Source: Kiritimatiellia bacterium (GTDB lineage: Bacteria > Verrucomicrobiota > Kiritimatiellia > JAAZAB01). Taken from it: 64,000 nucleotides of DNA. The notes under the pieces are model-generated. The model was given only the letters and a program-made list of their open reading frames with translations. It did no database searches and had not been told where the DNA came from. The stretch spans positions 8,343 through 72,342 of the forward strand of contig JAXGPF010000005.1 in assembly GCA_040767085.1 (NCBI GenBank), written 5' to 3'. Positions 29,114 through 37,530 of the stretch are shown here, piece after piece. A program made the position numbers and the translations under genes. How positions within the stretch are numbered: the stretch's first letter is position 1; each line of letters starts with the position of its first letter.

Positions 29114-30727
29114 ATGAACTCCTCCGAAAAAAAAGATCCAGAGGCGCCGGCCGATCCGCTGGTAGACCTGCAGCGTCAATTCCAGGACGCCATGCGGCAT
29201 TATAACCTCGACGGCATGTTTCCCGGGGCCGGGTCCGACCCGGCCCCGTCGGTCAAACCGGCCGCGCCGCCGCCCGACCCGTTGCGCTGCATCCGGGAAT
29301 TCAATCACAAGCCCCGCGAAATCAGGGACTATCTGGACCGTTTCGTCATTCAGCAGGCGGACGCCAAAAAAGTGCTCGCCGTGGCCATCTGCGACCATTA
29401 CAATCATGCCCGGCAATGCATCGAAAATCCGGCCCTGCGCGAACGGGAATACGCCAAGCAAAATGTGATTCTCCTGGGCCCCACCGGCGTAGGCAAGACC
29501 TACCTCATCCGCTGCATCTCCCGGCTGATCGGCGTGCCGTTCGTCAAGTCCGACGCCACCAAGTTTTCCGAAACCGGCTATGTGGGCCATGACGTCGAGG
29601 ATCTGGTCCGCGACCTGGTCAAGGCCGCCGACGGCGACGTAGACCTGGCGCAATACGGCATCATTTACATTGACGAAATCGATAAAATCGCCGCCGCCGG
29701 CAATGCCGGGACGCGCGACGTCTCCGGGCGCGGCGTGCAGGTGAACCTGCTCAAGCTGATGGAGGACACTGATGTCAGCCTCCAAAGCCAGACCGACCTC
29801 CTGGGCCAGATGGAAGCCATCATGCAACTGCAGCGCAGCGGCAAGCCGCCCAAACGCACCATCAATACCCGCCACATCCTCTTCATCGTCAGCGGCGCTT
29901 TCGACGCGCTGGGCGAGCTGGTAAAAAAAAGACTGCAGGCCGGCGCAATCGGATTTGCCGCCGCCGGCCGCGCCACGCGGTCCGACAGCGAATGGCTGAA
30001 AAAGGCGGGCACCGCCGATTTCATCCAGGCCGGGTTCGAGCCGGAATTCGTCGGCCGCCTGCCGGTGCGCGTGGTCTGCGACGGCTTGACCGCCGCCGAC
30101 CTGGAGCAGATCATGCTTACGGCGGAGGACAGCATCCTGACGCAATACCGCCGGGACTTCGCGGGGTACGGCATTGACTTCAGCCTGACCCGCGAAGCCA
30201 TCGGCGCCATCGCCCAGCGGGCGGACGGCGAGCGCACCGGCGCGCGCGGGCTGATGACGGTCATGGAGCGGATTTTCCGGAACTTCAAGTTCGAGTTGCC
30301 GTCCACCGCCGTCAAATCACTGGAAGCCTCGACCGACACCATCGCCGACCCGGACGCGGCCCTGGCCGCCCTGTTGCGCGCCAACCTGCACGCGCAGGCG
30401 GGGCTGCTGAAGAAGGAAGTCGCCGCCTTCGCCGAGCGCTTCCGCCACGAACACGGCCTGGAACTGGTTTTCGAAGAATCCGCCATCTGTGCGCTGGCCG
30501 ACCTGAGCCTCCAGAAAGACCGGACGGTGCGCGCCATCTGCGAAGAAAAATTCCGCGACTTCCAGCACGGCCTGAAGCTGATCGCCAACAACACCGGCCA
30601 GACCCGGTTCGTCATCAACGACGCCATGCTGGCTGCGCCCGACCGCGAACTATCCCAATGGATCGTGGCGAGTTTCAAAGCCGTCCGGAACAAGCCGGCG
30701 CCCGCCGGCCCGCCGGAAGCGGTTTAA
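29114..30727 (+). CDS. ClpX-like AAA+ ATPase lacking the N-terminal zinc-binding domain
   Basis: ORF track; Walker A LLGPTGVGKT; GYVG pore loop; IYIDEIDKI; TRDVSGRGVQ; IGF-like loop AIGFAAAG; no C4 zinc ribbon; about 120-aa C-terminal extension. Confidence 0.75.
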   Translation: MNSSEKKDPEAPADPLVDLQRQFQDAMRHYNLDGMFPGAGSDPAPSVKPAAPPPDPLRCIREFNHKPREIRDYLDRFVIQQADAKKVLAVAICDHYNHARQCIENPALREREYAKQNVILLGPTGVGKTYLIRCISRLIGVPFVKSDATKFSETGYVGHDVEDLVRDLVKAADGDVDLAQYGIIYIDEIDKIAAAGNAGTRDVSGRGVQVNLLKLMEDTDVSLQSQTDLLGQMEAIMQLQRSGKPPKRTINTRHILFIVSGAFDALGELVKKRLQAGAIGFAAAGRATRSDSEWLKKAGTADFIQAGFEPEFVGRLPVRVVCDGLTAADLEQIMLTAEDSILTQYRRDFAGYGIDFSLTREAIGAIAQRADGERTGARGLMTVMERIFRNFKFELPSTAVKSLEASTDTIADPDAALAALLRANLHAQAGLLKKEVAAFAERFRHEHGLELVFEESAICALADLSLQKDRTVRAICEEKFRDFQHGLKLIANNTGQTRFVINDAMLAAPDRELSQWIVASFKAVRNKPAPAGPPEAV

Positions 30728-30761
30728 TCCGGCGGCGAATCCGGCGCGTCGAACCAGCCGT

Positions 30762-32189
30762 TCACCGCAGTTTGAACAATGCGCCCCGCGGAATAGTTTC
30801 ATAGGCGCCCATATCCACAATACCGGAAAATCGGTCCCGGCGCACAAATCCCGCAAGATCCACGGCGCCGGTCATCCAATCCATGTTGGTACCGGCGTTG
30901 ACGCCCGGCGACTGCGCATCCAGCCGGAAAGATTCATCGCTGAATAACGGCGGACTGGTTATATTGCCTTCGCCAGAACCCATCTCAGACGCGGGATATG
31001 AACAGGAATACACCACACCGCCGGTCAGTGCGGCTCCGCTCAAGTTAAGATTAGACTGCAACCCCGCCGCATTATTGTAAATGACGCAATTGACGGCGTG
31101 GACGCCGCTGACCTCCGCCGTGGTCACGCCGATATACAATCCCCCCCCGCTGGTGGTTGCCGCGTTTGACACAATCGTGCAATTGGCCAGTGAATTGCCG
31201 TTGTCGCGGTTTTGCGCCGCACAGTAGATTCCGCCGCCATAGGGCGCCGAGTTATAAGCGAACACATTATTGCGCAACACGATGCGGCAGGCATCGCCGC
31301 GAATGTATAATCCGCCGCCGTAGTAATAACCGGCGCGGGTCACCAGATTGCTTATGATCCGGCAATTTTCAATCACTGCCTCCCCGGACGCGGCGGCGCC
31401 ATAATAACAGTACATCCCCCCTCCCTGATTGGTTGCCGCGTTACAGGCGATAGTAGAATTAGCCACCACCCCCTCCATTTTCAAATGGATGCCGCCGCCA
31501 TACAAGCCGGCATTAGCAAAGATCACGCAATTGGAGATGAAACCGTTTTGCTCCACAAACACGCCGCCGCCATAATTGGGACACCGATTGGAAATGATGG
31601 AGCATTCGATTAACGCGCCGCTTTCCCGGATCAGCACTCCGCCGCCGCCATAGGAAGTATCCCGTTCGGACAAATTATTAAAAATGCTGCACCTTTCCAC
31701 CCGGGCCAACGGCCCGTTCAGGCAGACGCCCCCGCCATGCAGCCCGACATTTTCTTTTACCCGGCAATCGCGAAGCATTCCGGCAGAAATATAAACGCCG
31801 CCGCCATAAACTGCAGAATTGGCCGAGCCATTGCTGATGGTAAAACCGGTGACTACGGCATTGGAATGGCTGATGTTCAGACAGCGCACCGAAGCCTTGC
31901 CGTCTATCGATGTCTGCTCGGTGCCAGCGGCGCCGACCAGCCTAACGCCTTTGCTGACCGCCAATTCAGCTTCCAGAAAATATACGCCGTTGGATACCAG
32001 AATCATATCATCTGTCAGGGACTGATCCAGGGCATTGCTGATCGTACGCAAGGCCGTCGGCCAGTTCGTGCCGTCCGCCCCATCCTGTCCCAAAGTCGAA
32101 ACATACCATGTAGTTGCACCGCGGCCGGGCAGCGGCATCCCCAACCCTATAATCCATGCTAATGTCAGACAGCGCTGTAGTGCTTGCAT
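30762..32189 (-). CDS. secreted right-handed parallel beta-helix repeat protein
   Basis: ORF track; signal peptide; repeated YGGG motifs; C-terminal DMGAYE. Confidence 0.6.
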   Translation of the reverse strand: MQALQRCLTLAWIIGLGMPLPGRGATTWYVSTLGQDGADGTNWPTALRTISNALDQSLTDDMILVSNGVYFLEAELAVSKGVRLVGAAGTEQTSIDGKASVRCLNISHSNAVVTGFTISNGSANSAVYGGGVYISAGMLRDCRVKENVGLHGGGVCLNGPLARVERCSIFNNLSERDTSYGGGGVLIRESGALIECSIISNRCPNYGGGVFVEQNGFISNCVIFANAGLYGGGIHLKMEGVVANSTIACNAATNQGGGMYCYYGAAASGEAVIENCRIISNLVTRAGYYYGGGLYIRGDACRIVLRNNVFAYNSAPYGGGIYCAAQNRDNGNSLANCTIVSNAATTSGGGLYIGVTTAEVSGVHAVNCVIYNNAAGLQSNLNLSGAALTGGVVYSCSYPASEMGSGEGNITSPPLFSDESFRLDAQSPGVNAGTNMDWMTGAVDLAGFVRRDRFSGIVDMGAYETIPRGALFKLR

Positions 32190-32434
32190 CTCTATCCTTT
32201 CTCGTTGGCTACAACCTAAACCGCCAATGGCATGCCAGAAACAGTTTGCTATTTAAGTTAATTTCAAAGTCCGCTGGTCTATAATGCCTCAAGCTGACAC
32301 TAACTGACTTTTATACAAGTTAATCGCCACCTGATTTAAGAATTATAACAAACGAAAACCAGGGACGGCAAATATTTCCCATGTTGTGAGCAAACAAATC
32401 GTCCAGTTTGAGACTCTTGCACGTGGCTCGCATT

Positions 32435-34090
32435 TCAATTAAACATTACAGCTTGGGAAAAAAGCATATCCACTATTGGAATCGGCGCAGGCTCGCGCTT
32501 GTCGGAATCGACCGTTCCGCTGTAACCGCCCCCGCGAAAATCGTGCAGGCGGCTGATCTCCAGCACGTTCATGGATGCCATGGTCTCCGCCGTGAGCGGT
32601 TGGCCCTGGCAATGTGTTGCGGGATAAGCAAAGGCTTCGATTCTCACATATTTTTCCAGGATGCGGCCGGCGGGATCGCGGGAGAGTGTGTAAGCCGCCT
32701 GCGGCTGGTTTTCAATGAGGGCCACACCTTGGTCGGTGATGAAACGCACCTGCACGCGCGGCCTTTTGGTCTGATCCGCACCCGCCACTGCGACGGTTAC
32801 CGCGGTGGGATTCCCGGTTTTATCCTTTTCCAGGGCGATACGGGCGAATCGGAAACTACTGTAATCGTATGGCGGGGTTTTACGTCCCTGGCCATCGGTC
32901 GCCAGCGCGCCCAGCAGACCGTAAAAAGTTCCATTGCGGTAAGCGCGCGCGGCGTTATGCTCCCTGGCCTCCCGGGAAAGCTCCCCGGACTCCGGCACCA
33001 GCAGTATGTTGCGGCCCCGGGCGTAAACAAAATGATCGCGCACAAAAAAACCAAAACATCTTTGCCCGGTTGACAGCACTTCATCCCAGTGGTTGTAAAA
33101 AGCCAAGGTGCCCTTGCGGCCGAAAGCCAGGTGCTGGTTCCAAACCTCTATGCCCAGGACGCGCGGATCGAATGCCAGCTTTTCGAGCGTGGCTTCCAGC
33201 GGGCCGCCCGTGTGGTTGAGGGTGATACCGCCCCCGTCCCTGAAGCGGAGACCTTCTATCGGATGGCCCTGGCCATCTTGCATTGTGCCGTCAAGCGCCG
33301 CCTTATACGCATCGCGCCATGGCCGATGCACGCCCTGCCGCAGGACAAAGCGCAAGTCGGTAATTTCCTCCGGATTAAAATCGAACCGGACTTGCATCCG
33401 GCCGGATTCCGCCCGGAGATAGATTCTTCGCGTATTGACGGGGATGCTCCTTTTTTGCAGGTCGCTGTCCGGAGTGAGTTCGTAAGTTGCCGGGTCAACC
33501 TCGCGCGCGCCGGCTACCGCCAAGGTCATAGCCGCATCGGCTTTCCCGCTGATAAACATGTCCAGGCGGTAAATGCTCAGCCATGGCTTTTTATCGTCAT
33601 AGGGGTTCAGATTTTCGAACGCGTATGCCACGGGGGAAGTCCGGTTATTGCGGTATGACGTTTTTGCGCTTTCGCCATGCCCGGTGGCGTAATAGCTGTC
33701 CAGCGTATTGAAATGGCCGGGACCGTGAGCGCTATGATGCTCGGCGTTGGGCGCCCAGAGGGCGTCCGGGTGCTGCGCCCGGAACTTCTCGGGCAAGGGT
33801 TGCGGTTTGGAAGGATAGTAGTTGGAAAAAGGGAAATGGCGAAATCCCATTTCCCAGAATAGTTCGGGATTGACATCATAATCCGGCACGCGCCCGCCAT
33901 GCTGATGGGAAAAGGAATGCAGATGTTCGACGCTGCTCCAGTCAACGTTTTCGTATGGGTTCATAATTCTGTTCGGGGCGGCGGATGCATGTTCCTGTCC
34001 CGCGGTTGGCCGGGTGAAGACAAGCCCGGAGTAAACAAACAGCGTCACCAATATGGCGCTATTTCTGCGAACCTGCCTTGGACGCATCAT
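32435..34090 (-). CDS. secreted hypothetical protein (possible glycan-active or metal-dependent hydrolase)
   Basis: ORF track 32435..34096 (GTG) trimmed to ATG 34090; signal peptide; His-rich HLHSFSHQHGG; no confident family. Confidence 0.45.
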   Translation of the reverse strand: MMRPRQVRRNSAILVTLFVYSGLVFTRPTAGQEHASAAPNRIMNPYENVDWSSVEHLHSFSHQHGGRVPDYDVNPELFWEMGFRHFPFSNYYPSKPQPLPEKFRAQHPDALWAPNAEHHSAHGPGHFNTLDSYYATGHGESAKTSYRNNRTSPVAYAFENLNPYDDKKPWLSIYRLDMFISGKADAAMTLAVAGAREVDPATYELTPDSDLQKRSIPVNTRRIYLRAESGRMQVRFDFNPEEITDLRFVLRQGVHRPWRDAYKAALDGTMQDGQGHPIEGLRFRDGGGITLNHTGGPLEATLEKLAFDPRVLGIEVWNQHLAFGRKGTLAFYNHWDEVLSTGQRCFGFFVRDHFVYARGRNILLVPESGELSREAREHNAARAYRNGTFYGLLGALATDGQGRKTPPYDYSSFRFARIALEKDKTGNPTAVTVAVAGADQTKRPRVQVRFITDQGVALIENQPQAAYTLSRDPAGRILEKYVRIEAFAYPATHCQGQPLTAETMASMNVLEISRLHDFRGGGYSGTVDSDKREPAPIPIVDMLFSQAVMFN

Positions 34091-34240
34091 AATCACTGTA
34101 ATCCATCTCCCATGGAAATATTATGCCGGCAATATACGAGTTGTTTACAAAAGCCTGGCGCAATATGGATTTTTAGTTTTACGTTGAAAATCCAATCGTG
34201 TCAAATTTAAGGCTCCTAACCAGAATTTGTGGGTAAAAAA

Positions 34241-35936
34241 CAGGTTTTAAAGTTTAAGAAGTTCTCCAAGCAATGGCGCCAAAAGATGGTGGAGTTATTA
34301 ACAGCCTGCCGCTTTGGGCGTTTGGCGGCCCCGCAGCAGCCTGATTAATAACTCCTGATTGGCGCGATGGCGGAACGGAGATAAAGCGGCGGCAAAAAAA
34401 TAGGCTGGCCTTTCCGTAATCCATTGCGTATGCAATGGGTGAACACAAAAAAAGGAGGACCAGCCCAAGGTGAAACTTAAAACAATTTTGAATCGTTTGC
34501 AACCTTTGAAACGTTTTATTTATCAGGAAACTTGTATGGTTTTGGATCGTCGCGGCCAATGGAAAGTGGATATAAGCATTCGTCCGCATCGCCAACGCGC
34601 GGCATGCTGCTCGCGTTGCGGGCGACCGCTGGCGACATACGACACTCTGCCTGAACGGATATGGGCGTTTGTGCCCATTTTGAATGTGCCGGCTTTTTTG
34701 CATTATAGTCCGCGCCGGGTAAATTGCCCCGAACATGGCGTGGTGGTGGAAGCGCTGCCTTGGAGCGATGGCAAACGACCCTACAGCAAGGCGCTGATGC
34801 TTTTTTTGGGGAACTGGGCGCGGAGGTTGTCCTGGAAAGAGACGGCGCTGATTTTCAAAGTCAGTTGGCAGGCGGTTTATCGGTCGGTCGAGTGGATGGT
34901 GGAATGGGGCTTGGCGCACCGGGAATTGGCCAATATAACGGCGATTGGTGTTGATGAACTCCACGTAGGCAACGGTAAAAAGAGCAAGAACTATCTGACC
35001 TTGATCTATCAGATTGATGCGCAATGCCGCCGATTGCTCTGGGTCGGCCAAACCCGCCGGGCGGCCGCGCTGCGTAAAGGGTTGCAATCTTTGGGAAAAC
35101 CCGTGCTGGCCGGCATTCGACATATATGTAGCGATATGTGGCGACCTTATCTGAAAGTCATTGCTGCGAGCCTCAGCCACGGTTGCCACATGATTGACCG
35201 CTTCCATGTCGTGCAAACCTTGAATGCCGCCGTGGACGAGGTCCGGCGCCGGGATATGGCGGCGATGACAGCGCGTCCGGCGGCCAAGCAAAAACTCAAG
35301 AAAATGCGCTGGACCTTGCTGCGCCGCAAAACCCGCGTGCGCGGCAAAGCTCGCGAAATGCTTGATCGGATATTGGGCACAAGACTGCAAACCGGCCGCG
35401 CCTATTTGTTCAAGGAAAGCTTTCAGCATTTTTGGAGCTATCACAGCCCAACCTGGGCGCGTAATTATCTCCAGGCATGGGTCAAGCGCGCCTGTCGTAG
35501 CCGCATTGCGCCAATCATTAAGGCGGCTAAAACCATTGCTAAACACGAGGAGCTGCTTTTGAACTGGATCAGAGCCAGAAACGAGGTTTTTACTGGCGCA
35601 ACCGAGGGCTTGAACAATAAAGCTCGAGTGGTTACCAAACGATCTTATGGCTTCAGAACTTTTCATGGCGCGGAAATGGCGCTATATCATACCCTTGGGC
35701 AATTGCCCGAACCGGTAATCACCCACAAATTCTGGTGAGGAAACAAATTTAATAACTCTACGAATTTTGCTGAATTTTCACGTTTTTACTGTATTTGGAC
35801 GGACGCGCCTGTTTACGGCCTTTACGCGCTATACGTTAATCTGCCTGGAGTGACAACAAGCGAAAACGGGATAAAACCAATGTTTGCCCAAATTTCAGCA
35901 AAACAAAGCATCCATTTTTAGACTTTTGAAACCAGA
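34241..35936 (+). mobile_element. ISL3-family insertion sequence (boundaries approximate)
   Basis: ISL3 transposase flanked by imperfect inverted repeats (about 34241..34263 vs 35913..35936, roughly 17 of 22 matched); GC visibly lower than surroundings. Confidence 0.5.
34470..35738 (+). CDS. ISL3 family transposase
   Basis: ORF track; GTG start after AGGAGG; N-terminal zinc-finger cysteines; C-terminal TGATEGLNNKARVVTKRSYGFR and terminal HKFW. Confidence 0.85.
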   Translation: MKLKTILNRLQPLKRFIYQETCMVLDRRGQWKVDISIRPHRQRAACCSRCGRPLATYDTLPERIWAFVPILNVPAFLHYSPRRVNCPEHGVVVEALPWSDGKRPYSKALMLFLGNWARRLSWKETALIFKVSWQAVYRSVEWMVEWGLAHRELANITAIGVDELHVGNGKKSKNYLTLIYQIDAQCRRLLWVGQTRRAAALRKGLQSLGKPVLAGIRHICSDMWRPYLKVIAASLSHGCHMIDRFHVVQTLNAAVDEVRRRDMAAMTARPAAKQKLKKMRWTLLRRKTRVRGKAREMLDRILGTRLQTGRAYLFKESFQHFWSYHSPTWARNYLQAWVKRACRSRIAPIIKAAKTIAKHEELLLNWIRARNEVFTGATEGLNNKARVVTKRSYGFRTFHGAEMALYHTLGQLPEPVITHKFW

Positions 35937-35943
35937 TTAATGA

Positions 35944-37197
35944 TTATCTTGTTATTAATCTGATCGCAATATTTTCACAACCGGCCGGCGGCGCATAATT
36001 TTCCAACCGGCTGATCGTTCGCCCGTTCGATTCCGCTATGATGTCATAATGGAAAAAGGTCGTCACGGGCACGCCATCCGCATCCGCCGCGATTATGCTG
36101 TGGGTTAAAATAATAGCGCGGGCATCGCCGGCGCCCGGCGTGCATCCATCCGTTCCGGTGATGGCGTAATTATTGGCGACCAGGTCTTCCCCCGTCTCGC
36201 GGGGTACGGCGCGCACGCGCGCCCGTGCGACAGGGTCACCGGCATCATTTTCCACACGGACTGCCACTTGCCGACGGAAAACGGCCCGGCTGCTTTGGCC
36301 AGGTTGCGCCGCGTAAACATCCGGCTGTGCGCCGGGAGCAACCTGGCAATCCGTCAATTCAATCCGGCCGCCGCTGGTCAATTGCCAATTGCGCGCATTG
36401 CGTTCGAATCGGCAGCCATGCAAAAGGATGGTATTGCCCTGGATACCGGCAATAACCGTGGTGTTTTCCCGGAAACAGCAGCCTTCCGCCGCTTGATCCG
36501 GCGCGCTGAAAACAGATGCATTATTTTCGAAAATCGAATCGCGGATTGACGCGCGCTGCCGGGCGGCGCCAAATAAAGCGGCAGCGTTGAATCCGGCAAC
36601 CAACGCGCGGTCCAGGGTGACCAGCCCTGACCAATAAGGGCGGGCTATTTCCCGCCGCCCGCTCGCCGATGCAAGCACACCATGATAAATATGCAACTCG
36701 CCGCCATAGCCGTTTTGCCACCCCCCACGTCCATCGGGCAACTTGCCGGAAACAATCGTGTGGTCTTTCCCGCCGATCTTAAGCGCCGCCCGGATGGCGG
36801 AGTTTGTGCGGTTGCCCAAGGTCAAGCGGTTGACGCACGCGGGAGCGTATCGGTCGTTCACGCCGACCACCAGATAAGGCGCAAGAATCAAAGTTCCGTT
36901 CAGGATCAAAGTTTCGTTGGCCAACAGTGGACATCCGATTTGCATCCACGTTTCAGAACCGTCATTCCGGCCAACCTGCAGGTTGGCGTCAACGGTATAT
37001 GTTTGCGCGCCGGCATCCTTCCGTACCAGGTTCCAACCATTGGCGCGGTCAGCGCGCAACAGTGACTCCAGTCGCGCCGGCGCTGACTCGGCAAAGTCAG
37101 CCACAATCATCGTGCGCGTACCGGACTCAAAAACGACTGTCGCCGGCAAGGGGAGGCTGATCAACAGGCATGCCAGACAGGCAATAATTTTACCCAT
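35944..37197 (-). CDS. secreted beta-helix-like hypothetical protein
   Basis: ORF track 35944..37236 trimmed to ATG 37197 (AGGTGG SD upstream; signal peptide MGKIIACLACLLISLPLP); stop lies within about 10 bp of ISL3 right end. Confidence 0.5.
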   Translation of the reverse strand: MGKIIACLACLLISLPLPATVVFESGTRTMIVADFAESAPARLESLLRADRANGWNLVRKDAGAQTYTVDANLQVGRNDGSETWMQIGCPLLANETLILNGTLILAPYLVVGVNDRYAPACVNRLTLGNRTNSAIRAALKIGGKDHTIVSGKLPDGRGGWQNGYGGELHIYHGVLASASGRREIARPYWSGLVTLDRALVAGFNAAALFGAARQRASIRDSIFENNASVFSAPDQAAEGCCFRENTTVIAGIQGNTILLHGCRFERNARNWQLTSGGRIELTDCQVAPGAQPDVYAAQPGQSSRAVFRRQVAVRVENDAGDPVARARVRAVPRETGEDLVANNYAITGTDGCTPGAGDARAIILTHSIIAADADGVPVTTFFHYDIIAESNGRTISRLENYAPPAGCENIAIRLITR

Positions 37198-37223
37198 ATT
37201 ACCACCTGAATCCGTTATGAGGT

Positions 37224-37357
37224 CGGGATGCCGCATCCCGCTGGAAGTGCGACAAGAATACGCGGCGCGAAGGATGAAGCTGGATCAACATATCCCGCGA
37301 TAGCGGGACAAGCTGCAAGTTTATCCCGCGAGCGGGATTTATCCCGCACAGCGGGAT
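37224..37357. repeat. array of four short GC-rich hairpin palindromes sharing half-site ATCCCGC/GCGGGAT
   Basis: CGGGATG-CCG-CATCCCG (37224..37240); ATCCCGC-GATA-GCGGGA (37292..37308); ATCCCGC-GA-GCGGGAT (37323..37338); ATCCCGC-ACA-GCGGGAT (37341..37357); extra half-site at 37497..37503. Confidence 0.5.
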
Positions 37358-37530
37358 TCTTCGCAATAGAGCAGATGCGGCATAATGGCCTCACCCGCAG
37401 GGCGGTCTTTCCCGTCAAACCGAGCCGTGCTTTTTTGGTGATATTGTAAAACGCCATAAATTGTTGTTTATTCAGGCATTATCTTAACAATATAAAATCC
37501 CGCCACGGATTCAGGTTGCATTGCCGCGGG

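Noticed and set aside
34254-35666. 470-aa minus-strand ORF
   Set aside because: Antisense to the ISL3 transposase, which has unmistakable family motifs.
37292-37357. Tandem palindromes considered as a CRISPR array
   Set aside because: Repeats are only 16-18 bp with 2-25 bp irregular spacing, and no cas genes are nearby.
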